This document shows, one piece after another, positions 49,419-58,052 of a stretch of DNA of 64,000 nucleotides. The position numbers were made by a program, and so were the translations under genes. Source of the stretch: an uncultured Nitrososphaerota archaeon (GTDB lineage: Archaea > Thermoproteota > Nitrososphaeria > Conexivisphaerales > DTJL01). The notes under the pieces are model-generated. The model did no database searches. It was given only the letters and a program-made list of their open reading frames with translations, and was not told the origin of the DNA. How positions within the stretch are numbered: the first letter of the stretch is position 1; the number at the start of each line of letters is the position of its first letter. The DNA lies in the NCBI GenBank assembly GCA_963772005.1, contig CAVYVS010000021.1, positions 52,121-116,120 of the forward strand, read 5' to 3'.

Positions 49419-50903
49419 TCATAGGATGGATTCGACTCTGTCGTTGAGTTTCTTCTCGGCTTTTGCAAGATCCTTCCGCCGATCGGCCGTCTCTGATTTG
49501 ATTGCTTTCAGCTTATGGTGAAGGGCTCTGTAGTTTGAAAGGACTTGCGCCCTAGACGGTCCGCCTTCCGTGGTCGTCGCCTCTAGGACGGCCTCCGGCC
49601 TGAGATACCACCGCAGTTCTTTCATCTCTGCTGCCGAGAAGGCCAGTATGGGACCCGCCTTTCGGATGAGATCGGCCAGTTCGCCTTCATCGAGGTCGAC
49701 GAATCTAAGTTTTCGCCGTGCCAAGCTTCCTGACACTTTCCCGGCTATAGAATGGGCCTGGCGGAACGCCACTCCGTGCCTCTTGACGAGCCACTCCGCG
49801 AGGGGCAGTGCGAAGACGTCGCTGCCCTCCGCCTTCTTCCGCATCTCACCCACTTCAAACGTTCCCTTTTCAAAGCATTTCCTGAGCACAGAAACAGCTT
49901 CCAAAGTAGTCGGGAAGGACCCGGCAAGAACAGCCTTCACGTTCTGTAGGTCCCTGTTGTAGCCACTCGGAAGACCCTTCAGAGTTGCCATCGTCTGTAC
50001 CAGCTCTGCTATCTTAAGGGCTGCGTCAGCCCTGACCACTTCCAGCACGTCGGCGTTCTTCTTCTGAGGCATCGCGCTCGAGGGCGAGGAAAGGTCGTCG
50101 GGGAGCTCGAAGTAAGCGAATTCCGAAGTGGACCAGATTATCAGGTCCTCCGCCATCCTGCTCAGTTCAACAAGGAGGAGGGCCTGCACGAAGACTGCTT
50201 CGGCGGCATAGTCTCTGCTTTCCACGGCGTCCTCGCAGTTGATGAGCGGCGAGTGAAATCCTAGGAGCTCGCTGGTCAGCCTCCTGTTCACCTCTATCGT
50301 CGAGCCCGCCACGGCCGATGCGCCCAATGGACTTTCGTTTGTCCTTGTGTAACAGTCTGCGAGCCTACCGAGGTCCCTGACCATTGGCTCCGCATAGCTC
50401 TGCAGGTGATGGCCCAACGTCTGAAGCTGCGCCTGCCGCATGTGGGTGTAGGCCAGCACGGGTGTCGAAGAGTACCTCCGTGATAACTCCAGAAGCGCCT
50501 CCGCGAGTCCTATCGTCGCATCGGTTAGTTCCAGGAGTCGGTCCCGACATAGCATGCGCGTTATGGTGGCGACCTGGTCGTTCCTGGACCTAGCCGTATG
50601 CAGTCTTCCTCCCGTGTCCTTCGAAGTCAAAAGGGTCACCGAGGTCTCTACGAATTCATGGATGTCCTCGAACCCTGTTGTCAGGACGCCTCCCTCCGCC
50701 GTCTTCCTCAGGGCCCGGATGAGCTCTCCTGCCTGCCTTTTGTTTACCCATCTCTGTTCCTCCAGCATTACCACATGTGCGAGGGAGCATTCGATTTCGT
50801 ATGCCAGGAACTCGGCGTCGACATGCAGGGACCCTATGAAGCGCTGGGATTTGGGATCTATGTCCTTGCTCAGCCTTGACCGATAAAGCCCTCCAGTCAT
50901 CAC
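49419..50903 (-). CDS. argH: Argininosuccinate lyase
   Basis: 494 aa with TARSRNDQV and SSAMPQKKN. GTG start. Confidence 0.95.
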   Translation of the reverse strand: MMTGGLYRSRLSKDIDPKSQRFIGSLHVDAEFLAYEIECSLAHVVMLEEQRWVNKRQAGELIRALRKTAEGGVLTTGFEDIHEFVETSVTLLTSKDTGGRLHTARSRNDQVATITRMLCRDRLLELTDATIGLAEALLELSRRYSSTPVLAYTHMRQAQLQTLGHHLQSYAEPMVRDLGRLADCYTRTNESPLGASAVAGSTIEVNRRLTSELLGFHSPLINCEDAVESRDYAAEAVFVQALLLVELSRMAEDLIIWSTSEFAYFELPDDLSSPSSAMPQKKNADVLEVVRADAALKIAELVQTMATLKGLPSGYNRDLQNVKAVLAGSFPTTLEAVSVLRKCFEKGTFEVGEMRKKAEGSDVFALPLAEWLVKRHGVAFRQAHSIAGKVSGSLARRKLRFVDLDEGELADLIRKAGPILAFSAAEMKELRWYLRPEAVLEATTTEGGPSRAQVLSNYRALHHKLKAIKSETADRRKDLAKAEKKLNDRVESIL

Positions 50904-51591
50904 TGCTTGCCTCCCAATCGCCGCGCTTCGGAGACAAGGTCTGTAACAGCCGTGAATGCCTTGACGACGTCCCCCATCTTCACAACTATGATAGTGTCGG
51001 TGTAGTTGCTCACGGTGTCGACCACGTTTATACCTCCCCGTCCGACGCGGTTATAGATGGCAGCTACGCAGCCTGCAGTCTCGGCTATCTCCTCAGGGCT
51101 ATGTATGATGAGGGCAGGCTACGCTCGGTCTTCGCTTCTATCACTTCTTCGTCCTTGAACCGACCACGAAGATATCCGAACAGGCTTCTCTCAAACACCA
51201 GGGTGTATGCGCTGGGAGAGCTCGAAATCTGCAGGAAGGCGTCATAGTTCTTGAACGCGATGTCCTTTATCCTAGCTGACGCCTCCGGGTCTACCTGGAC
51301 CGAGACCAAGGCTAGGTCGGTCCTGACCTCGACGCTGCTCTTTGCCAGCACCTTAAGGTATCCCAACGCCCCTCTCCTATAGGCGCCCTTAATTCGCTTC
51401 AACGAAGTGATTATGGCCTCCTCTGAAACGCTCCGGCCCATGCTCGACACGACCGCGGGCCTCAGCAGCCTAGCCGCCGCGCTCACGTTCACGATCCCCC
51501 TCGCCAGCGCTTCCTGCAACAGAGAATCGCCGTCCACCTGCTCCCTGACCGACCTGGAGATGGAAGTCGTGACCAGTTTTGGTCTAGTCAT
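50900..51591 (-). pseudogene. Hypothetical protein with C-terminal ACT-like domain, one frame break; candidate amino-acid-sensing regulator
   Basis: ORF 51085..51591 continues in another frame as ALIIHSPEEIAETAGCVAAIYNRVGRGGINVVDTVSNYTDTIIVVKMGDVVKAF...GGKQ*. The join is near 51114. Its stop overlaps the argH start (GTGA). Length 692 nt = 3n+2. Confidence 0.45.
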
Positions 51592-51616
51592 GGCTAATTC
51601 CGACCAGCGTCGTCCG

Positions 51617-51629
51617 AAATAATTAAATG
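51617..51629. promoter_or_regulatory. Candidate shared bidirectional TATA element between the ACT-argH and argG-lysW operons
   Basis: The near-palindromic AAATAATTAAATG lies roughly 26-40 nt from both ATG 51591 (minus) and ATG 51657 (plus). Confidence 0.35.
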
Positions 51630-51656
51630 TTGCCCTCCAGCTGCCTTGCGTTATCT

Positions 51657-52868
51657 ATGGCCTCTAAAATCGTCTTGGGCTATTCGGGCGGCCTTGACAC
51701 CACGACAGCCATTCTGTGGCTGAAGGAGAAGTACGGCTACGACGTCGTGACCTTGACCATCGATGTCGGACAGGAAGAGGATTTCGCGCCTATAGCGAGG
51801 AGATCGCAGGAGCTGGGCGCGGTTCAGCATTACGAAATCGATGCCAAGGAGGAGTTCTCCAACGCCTACATAGCCAAGTCCATCAGGGCCAACGGGCTCT
51901 ACCAGGGGAAGTACCCCCTCAGCACCGCCTTGGCCCGGCCGCTCATTGCCGCCAAGCTGGTAGAAGTTGCTGAGAAGGAAGGTGCGACGGCCGTGGCCCA
52001 CGGTTGCACCGGCAAGGGTAACGATCAGGTCAGGTTCGACTTGTGCGTGAACGCCCTCAACCCCAACCTCAAGGTGGTAGCGCCAGTAAGGGAATGGAAT
52101 CTTAGTAGGACCGACGAAGTGGCCTACCTCAAATCCAAGGGCTTCGATGCGCCCACCAAACGGTCGGAGTTCAGCGTCGATCAGAACCTATGGGGGAGAT
52201 CCGTTGAAGGTGGCGCAATCGAGAATCCTGCCGATGAGCCCCCGCAGGAGGCCCTAGATTGGACCCAGCCTCCAGAGCTCTGGCCCGCCGAGCCGTCATA
52301 TGTAACGATCGGCTTCCAGGAGGGAGTTCCCACATCGTTGGACGGCCAAGAGCTGAAGCTGTCCGAGATTATAGTCAAACTCAACCGCCTGGCAGGGACG
52401 CATGGAATCGGGGTCCTCGACCACATGGAGGATAGGTCTGTTGGTATCAAGTCCCACGAGGTCTACGAATGCCCAGCCGCCACGGTCCTAATCGAAGCCC
52501 ATCGGGAGCTCGAGAAGCTCGTCCTGACGAGATCTGAGGGAGCCTTCAAGCCAATCGTCGAGCAGCAGTGGGCCTCGTTGGTCTACTCGGGCCTCTGGAT
52601 TGACCCGTTGCTCAAGGACCTTCAGAGCTTTATCGATTCAACCCAGGAGTTCGTTTCAGGGGAGACCAAAATCAAACTGTTCAAGGGAGCGAGCAGGGTA
52701 GTGGGGAGGTCATCCCCCTATGCGCTCTACCAGAAACAGTTGTCCACCTACGGGGTGGATTCGACCTTCGACCAGAGGGCAGCCGAGGGCTTCATCAAAC
52801 TCTGGGGTCTTCCGTCTGTGATGGCTGCACGACGCAGCCTACTAAAAACGAAGGAGGTGTTAGCATGA
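51657..52868 (+). CDS. argG: Argininosuccinate synthase
   Basis: MASKIVLGYSGGLDTT at the second ATG (the ORF track starts at 51627), plus HGCTGKGNDQVRF. Confidence 0.95.
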   Translation: MASKIVLGYSGGLDTTTAILWLKEKYGYDVVTLTIDVGQEEDFAPIARRSQELGAVQHYEIDAKEEFSNAYIAKSIRANGLYQGKYPLSTALARPLIAAKLVEVAEKEGATAVAHGCTGKGNDQVRFDLCVNALNPNLKVVAPVREWNLSRTDEVAYLKSKGFDAPTKRSEFSVDQNLWGRSVEGGAIENPADEPPQEALDWTQPPELWPAEPSYVTIGFQEGVPTSLDGQELKLSEIIVKLNRLAGTHGIGVLDHMEDRSVGIKSHEVYECPAATVLIEAHRELEKLVLTRSEGAFKPIVEQQWASLVYSGLWIDPLLKDLQSFIDSTQEFVSGETKIKLFKGASRVVGRSSPYALYQKQLSTYGVDSTFDQRAAEGFIKLWGLPSVMAARRSLLKTKEVLA

Positions 52869-53035
52869 ACGGGACATGTGCAGAGTGCGGCGGTAGCGTG
52901 CCAGTACCAGGGGACGCGTTGAAGGGCGAAATCGTCTCGTGTCCTGACTGTGGGACCGAGTTCGAGGTCAAGGAGCTGGGATCGACGGTTCAGCTGGCGG
53001 CCGCACCTAAGATCGAAGAAGACTGGGGAGAATAA
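52865..53035 (+). CDS. lysW: LysW/ArgW amino-group carrier protein
   Basis: 56-aa ORF below the track cutoff: MNGTCAECGGSVPVPGDALKGEIVSCPDCGTEFEVKELGSTVQLAAAPKIEEDWGE. It has a Zn ribbon plus the diagnostic C-terminal EDWGE, and an ATGA overlap with the argG stop. Confidence 0.85.
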   Translation: MNGTCAECGGSVPVPGDALKGEIVSCPDCGTEFEVKELGSTVQLAAAPKIEEDWGE

Positions 53036-53044
53036 GCCGGTCAG

Positions 53045-53893
53045 ATGACGAAAATCACCCTCTTCTACGACCGCGTAAGGTGGGAAGAGAAACAACTTCA
53101 CGACCGGGCTTCGGAGAGAGGAATCCAGCTCGACTTCTTGGATGTGCGGGAGCTCCTCTACCCGACCGCTCCTGAACAGATGGCCTTAGGCACCGCCCTG
53201 CAGAGGTGCGTCAGCCACACGAGGGGAATTCTCGCAGCCCATTACTTCGAAACGAGGGGCACAACGGTCATCAACTCCGGCAAGACGTCCGAAATCTGCA
53301 GCGACAAGTTCGCGACGGGCCTCCGCCTAGCTGCAGCCGGCATACCTCATCCAAGAACGATTGTAGCGCTCTCCGTGGAGTCCGCCATGAAGGCGGCGGA
53401 GAAGGTGGCCTATCCGGTGGTCATGAAACCTCTCAACGGATCGTGGGGGAGGGAAGTGGCAGTCCTCACCGATGAACGGTCTCTGAAATCATACATTGAG
53501 CTGAAAGAAGGCTCCGAGGATCCCGAGGACCATGTGTACTACCTTCAAGAATTCGTGCAAAACCCGGGGAGGGACATCAGGTCCGTCTGCGTCGGCGGAG
53601 AGATCGTGGCTTGCATCTACCGCTACACTCCAGAGGGCGAATGGAGGTCGAACGTGGCACTCGGAGGCACGGCAAAGCCTTGCCAACTCGACGAAGCAGG
53701 CAAGGAGATGGTGCTCAAGGCGGCGGAAGTGGTCGGCGGCGAAATCGTTGGCGTGGACTCGATGGAGGGCCCCCATGGCCTAATGGTTCATGAAGTCAAC
53801 TCGAACGTCGAGTTCCGAGGAGCCACCGGCGGCACTGGTGTCGACATCGCAGGTCGGATACTCGATTACGCGGTAAGGAGGTCCGCTAAGTGA
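53045..53893 (+). CDS. lysX: LysX/ArgX RimK-type ATP-grasp ligase (carrier protein-amino acid ligase)
   Basis: 282 aa with an ATP-grasp pattern (VVMKPLNGSWGREV, YLQEF, GVDSME), immediately after lysW. Confidence 0.85.
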   Translation: MTKITLFYDRVRWEEKQLHDRASERGIQLDFLDVRELLYPTAPEQMALGTALQRCVSHTRGILAAHYFETRGTTVINSGKTSEICSDKFATGLRLAAAGIPHPRTIVALSVESAMKAAEKVAYPVVMKPLNGSWGREVAVLTDERSLKSYIELKEGSEDPEDHVYYLQEFVQNPGRDIRSVCVGGEIVACIYRYTPEGEWRSNVALGGTAKPCQLDEAGKEMVLKAAEVVGGEIVGVDSMEGPHGLMVHEVNSNVEFRGATGGTGVDIAGRILDYAVRRSAK

Positions 53894-54939
53894 GGGTCGG
53901 CGTTCTAGGGGCGTCCGGATTTGTGGGTGGAGAGCTCCTCAGGTTGCTCCTGCGACACCCTTCGGTCGAAGTCACCATTATTTCGTCGAGAGAATACGCG
54001 GGGGAGTTCGTGCACAGGGCACACCCTCACCTCAGAGGGGTCTCAAGCCTCCAATTCACTCCGTACGACCTCGAGAAGGTCGTGGACGCTAGCGATCTCG
54101 TGTTTGCTTCTCTGCCCCTCAAGGCCTCGCTGGATGCCATACCCAGGCTTGTAGCTGGGGGCGTGAAGGTGATTGACATGAGCCCAGCCTACAGGCTCCC
54201 AAAGGCCGAGGACTTCCAACTTCACTACAATATGGTTCACCCGGATCAGCTTCTCCTTTCACGTTTTGCCTACGGCCTCCCCGAGCTCTACCGTTCCGCG
54301 ATAGCATCCAGCAACCTGGTCGCCAATCCGGGATGTTCGGCCCTGACCTCCATTCTGGCCACAGCGCCGTTCGTCGAGCTCATCGAACCTAATTCCGACC
54401 TTGTCGTCGATGCGAAGGTCGGCTCCTCCGGCTCGGGGTCCAAACCGTCACTTGGAGGAATGCATGCGGTCAGGTACGGGACCATTCGGCCATACAAGCT
54501 CGGTAACCACCGCCATGGCTCTGAAGTCAGGACCTTCCTCAGGTCCTGCGGCAACGAGGGAGTGAACGTGCTTTTCTCCGCCCACGCCGTCGACATGGTC
54601 CGAGGGATACTTGTCACAGAATATATCGCCACCAACACATCCATAACGGCCAAGGACGTCTGGCAGCGACTGCGCGGCAAGTATGGTCAGGAGCACTTCA
54701 TCAGACTGGTGAAGGACAAGGTAGGAAGCTTCAAGCTTCCGGACCCGAAGATCTCGATAGGCTCCAACTTCTGCGACATCGGTTTTGAGCTGGACCCAGA
54801 TGGAAGGCACTTGATGGTAGTCGCCGCCCTGGATAACCTGATGAAAGGAGCCGCCGGCAACGCGGTGCAGTGTATGAACGTGATGCAGGGCTACCCAGAA
54901 AGCACAGCCCTCGATCTGATTCCAATATTTCCGGTGTAG
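53890..54939 (+). CDS. lysY: LysY/ArgC-type (carrier-bound) gamma-glutamyl/aminoadipyl-phosphate reductase
   Basis: 349 aa with GASGFVGGEL and the active-site NPGCSALT. There is a GTGA overlap with lysX. Confidence 0.9.
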   Translation: MRVGVLGASGFVGGELLRLLLRHPSVEVTIISSREYAGEFVHRAHPHLRGVSSLQFTPYDLEKVVDASDLVFASLPLKASLDAIPRLVAGGVKVIDMSPAYRLPKAEDFQLHYNMVHPDQLLLSRFAYGLPELYRSAIASSNLVANPGCSALTSILATAPFVELIEPNSDLVVDAKVGSSGSGSKPSLGGMHAVRYGTIRPYKLGNHRHGSEVRTFLRSCGNEGVNVLFSAHAVDMVRGILVTEYIATNTSITAKDVWQRLRGKYGQEHFIRLVKDKVGSFKLPDPKISIGSNFCDIGFELDPDGRHLMVVAALDNLMKGAAGNAVQCMNVMQGYPESTALDLIPIFPV

Positions 54940-54945
54940 TCAGAA

Positions 54946-55747
54946 GTGGTAACAGTCGTAAAGATAGGCGGCCGGCTCACCGAAGGACCCTACCTAGATC
55001 AGTATAGGAGCCGATCTGGCGTCTAACAAGGAGCTTTCTCCCACCCTTATCGTCCACGGTGGAGGGGACCTGGTGACCAGGTTCGGAGAGCGGATGGGGA
55101 TAAAGCAGAAGTTCGTTATGGCTCCGTCGGGCGTCCGAAGCAGATATACCGATGGCGAGACCCTTCAGGCCTGTCTGATGGTCTTGGCAGGGCTGGTGAA
55201 CACTCGCGTCGTTCAGGCCCTGGAACGCCAGGGCGTACAAGCATTGGGGCTTACGGGTGCCGACTGCGAGTTGATCAGGGCCGAACGTCGGGAGAAGATA
55301 TTGGTGGTCGAGGGTGGAAAGAAGATGGCGATCGATGGCGGCTACTCCGGGAAACCCTTCGCCGTGAACTCGGGCTTGATCAGCCACCTCTTTGACATGA
55401 ACATAGTCCCCGTTGTCGCTCCCTTGGGGATAGACGCCAAGGGAGACCTTGTGAACATGGACGGCGATTCTGCGGCTGCCGCCATCGCGTCGGGACTGAA
55501 AGCAGATACATTGCTGTTCCTCTCGGACGTGGACGGCTTGCTGATTGACGGCAAAGTCATCCCCAGGGTCCAGGCCGGTGCCTTGGAGGGTCTAATCAAG
55601 ACCACGGGTGTGGGCATGAACCGCAAGCTTCTCTCTGCCCTCAAGGCGCTTAGAGGAGGGGTTCCCAAGGTGATAATATCCAATGGGAAGGCACAGCGTC
55701 CGCTGAGCGCGGCGCTCTTCGATAATCGGGGGACCATAATTCAATGA
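54946..55747 (+). pseudogene. lysZ: LysZ/ArgB-type amino-acid kinase, one frame break
   Basis: It starts at GTG 54946 (VVTVVKIGGRLTEGPYLDQ). The frame of ORF 55073..55747 then extends upstream (GADLASNKELSPTLIVHGGGDLV...NMDGDSAAAAIA). The break must lie between 54998 and 55023. Length 802 nt = 3n+1. Confidence 0.85.
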
Positions 55748-56916
55748 GCGACGCGCAGACGAACATCGAAGACCGTTGGCTCATCCCAACCTACGCCAAG
55801 CTTCCTGTGAAGATAGTCCGGGGCGAAGGGTCCTATGTCTGGGATGCTAGCGGGAAGCAGTTCATCGACTTTGCCACTGGATACGGCACCGCCATCCTCG
55901 GCCATTGTCCGCCTGCCGTCAAAGCCGCAGTAGTTGAACAGGTATCCAAGCTCATGGTCTGTCATGGGAGCCTCTACAACGACGCAAGGGAGAGGTTCTT
56001 TGAGGCCCTCGAGCCAGCGGCCCCAAAAGGCCTCGACAAGGCCTTTCTGGGCAATAGCGGGGCCGAAGCGGTAGAAGCAGCGATGAAGCTCGCCATCAGG
56101 AAGTCTGGAAAGAAAGGTTTCGTTGCCTTCCAGGGCGCGTATCACGGGAAGACCCTCGGCGCGCTCTCGCTGACTTGGGGGGCCAAGTATAGGGAACCAT
56201 ATCAGGAGATTCTCCTTCCCACCAAATTCGCAAGATATGGCGACTCGTCGAGCGTTCCTCAGCTAATTGACGCCGACACGGCTGCCGTGATTGTCGAGCC
56301 CGTCCAAGGAGAGGCCGGCATTAGGGTGCCGCCTCCAGGGTTCCTAAAGGAGGTCGAAGAGGCCTGTCGGCACGCCGGCGTGCTTCTGATAGTCGATGAG
56401 ATTCAGTCTGGCTTGGGCCGTACGGGGCTCATGTGGGCGCACGAACGCGAAGGCATTAGGCCCGACGTCATGTGCTTCGGGAAGGGTCTGGCCTCAGGGA
56501 TACCCATACGGAGCAATCCTGACGACTCCAGAAGTCGCCGGGGCTTGGCCAAAGGAGAACACACTACAACTTTCGGAGGGAATCCGGTTTCCTGCGCTGC
56601 TGCCGCTGCTACACTCAACCAAATTGTCTCGAGCAAGCTGTGGCTCAACGCGGCCGAAAAGGGAGCCAGGTTGGTTGACATCTACAGCCGCCTCCCGCGA
56701 ACAATCGTCAGGGAGGCCAGGGGATTGGGATTGATGCTCGCAGTGGAGACCCGGCAGCCTTGCACGCCCATCATCAAGAAGCTCCTGGCCAATGGGCTTT
56801 TGACCATCCCTACAGGCCTCAACGTCGTGCGGACTCTTCCTCCCATCAACCTTGAGGCCTCCGTACTGGATACGGCCGCTCCGATTTTAGAGTCCGCCTT
56901 CAGGGGTGACGCCTGA
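55744..56916 (+). CDS. lysJ: LysJ/ArgD-type acetylornithine-family aminotransferase (contains a compensated out-of-frame stretch 56509-56555)
   Basis: 390 aa with DEIQSGLGRTG, FGKGLASG and TFGGNP. There is an ATGA overlap with lysZ. Confidence 0.9.
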   Translation: MSDAQTNIEDRWLIPTYAKLPVKIVRGEGSYVWDASGKQFIDFATGYGTAILGHCPPAVKAAVVEQVSKLMVCHGSLYNDARERFFEALEPAAPKGLDKAFLGNSGAEAVEAAMKLAIRKSGKKGFVAFQGAYHGKTLGALSLTWGAKYREPYQEILLPTKFARYGDSSSVPQLIDADTAAVIVEPVQGEAGIRVPPPGFLKEVEEACRHAGVLLIVDEIQSGLGRTGLMWAHEREGIRPDVMCFGKGLASGIPIRSNPDDSRSRRGLAKGEHTTTFGGNPVSCAAAAATLNQIVSSKLWLNAAEKGARLVDIYSRLPRTIVREARGLGLMLAVETRQPCTPIIKKLLANGLLTIPTGLNVVRTLPPINLEASVLDTAAPILESAFRGDA

Positions 56917-56917
56917 C

Positions 56918-57963
56918 ATGCCTCAGGATTCGGAAGCCGTCTCTCTCCTAAGGAAGCTGGTCCAGCTATACTCTCCAAGTGGCAGAGAGAAAAGGGTCGC
57001 CTCCGTCGTCCATCGCTGGCTTGCCGCCCAATCTTCTTTTGATGAAGTCGTGATAGATTCGGCTGGCAACGTCGTGGCTACAAGGGGCTCCGGACCATAT
57101 CTCCTGCTATGTGGACACATGGACACAGTGCCTGGCAGGCTACCCGTCACCTTCAAGAATGGAATGATAAGAGGGAGGGGTGCGGTTGGACGCCAAGGCG
57201 TCGCTCGCAGCCATGTGTATGGGTTCCTCATTGGCCGCAAGCCAAGGTGCGAAGGGCTTTATGTTCGCCGCAGTCGTGGGGGAGGAGACCAGCGGGAAGG
57301 GCATGAAGGCCCCTTCTCTCCAAGGGATGTCAGTTCGCGGGAGGGATCTTCGGCGAGCCCTCCGGTGGCGGAATCGTCATAGGCTACCGAGGGAGGCTGG
57401 GCTTGGAGCTCGAGGTCCAGGGCAAGGCGGCTCATGCCTCAAGCTCGGCTCTGGGCGTCAACGCGGTTGAGATTGGGATGGAAGCGGCGCTTGGGCTGAA
57501 GAAGGAACTCACCTCTTTAGGGTGCGCAGCCTCCATAACCATTGTCAGGGGAGGAAAGGCGGAGAACATGATACCTGCCAGCTGCAAGGTGGCCATGGAC
57601 ATTCGGATTCCCACTACGGTGGAGATGGCCCAAGTGCGTAGAGTCGTCGAGGAAGGCGATAGACCGGGGACGAAGTCAAAGGTCTCTGACTTCACTCCTC
57701 CCATCAACGTAGGAAGGGCGAACCGCGTATTCGGCTCTATGGCGGCGGTCATGACTGAAAGGGGAGTCCAGCCGAGGGCCCTGGTCAAGGTAGGCACCAG
57801 CGACATGAATTCGTTCTTCCTTACTACGAGGGCACCATGCATCGCATACGGGCCCGGCGACGCCGCCCTCTCCCATACGGACAACGAGGCCGTAGGCGAG
57901 GCGGATTATCTGGCCGCCATTCAAGTCTATGCCTCGACCATCAGAAGATTCTTGCGAGCGTGA
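56918..57963 (+). pseudogene. lysK: LysK/ArgE-type M20 deacylase (carrier-protein hydrolase), two frame breaks
   Basis: There are three collinear pieces. The first is ...CGHMDTVPG...IRGRGAV. The second is DAKASLAAMCMGSSLAAS...AAVVGEETSGKGMKA. The third is LLSKGCQFAGGIFGEPSGGGIVIGYRGRLGLELEVQGKAAHASS... The breaks are near 57188 and in the CCCC run at 57310-57313. Length 1046 nt = 3n+2. Confidence 0.8.
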
Positions 57964-58052
57964 TCATGAAGTTGTCGAGAATCCAGTTTCGACCTCATCA
58001 GGCATTCCTTAAATATGGTGGTCTGGTTGCGCGCATTGTGGGCTGAAGGGCC

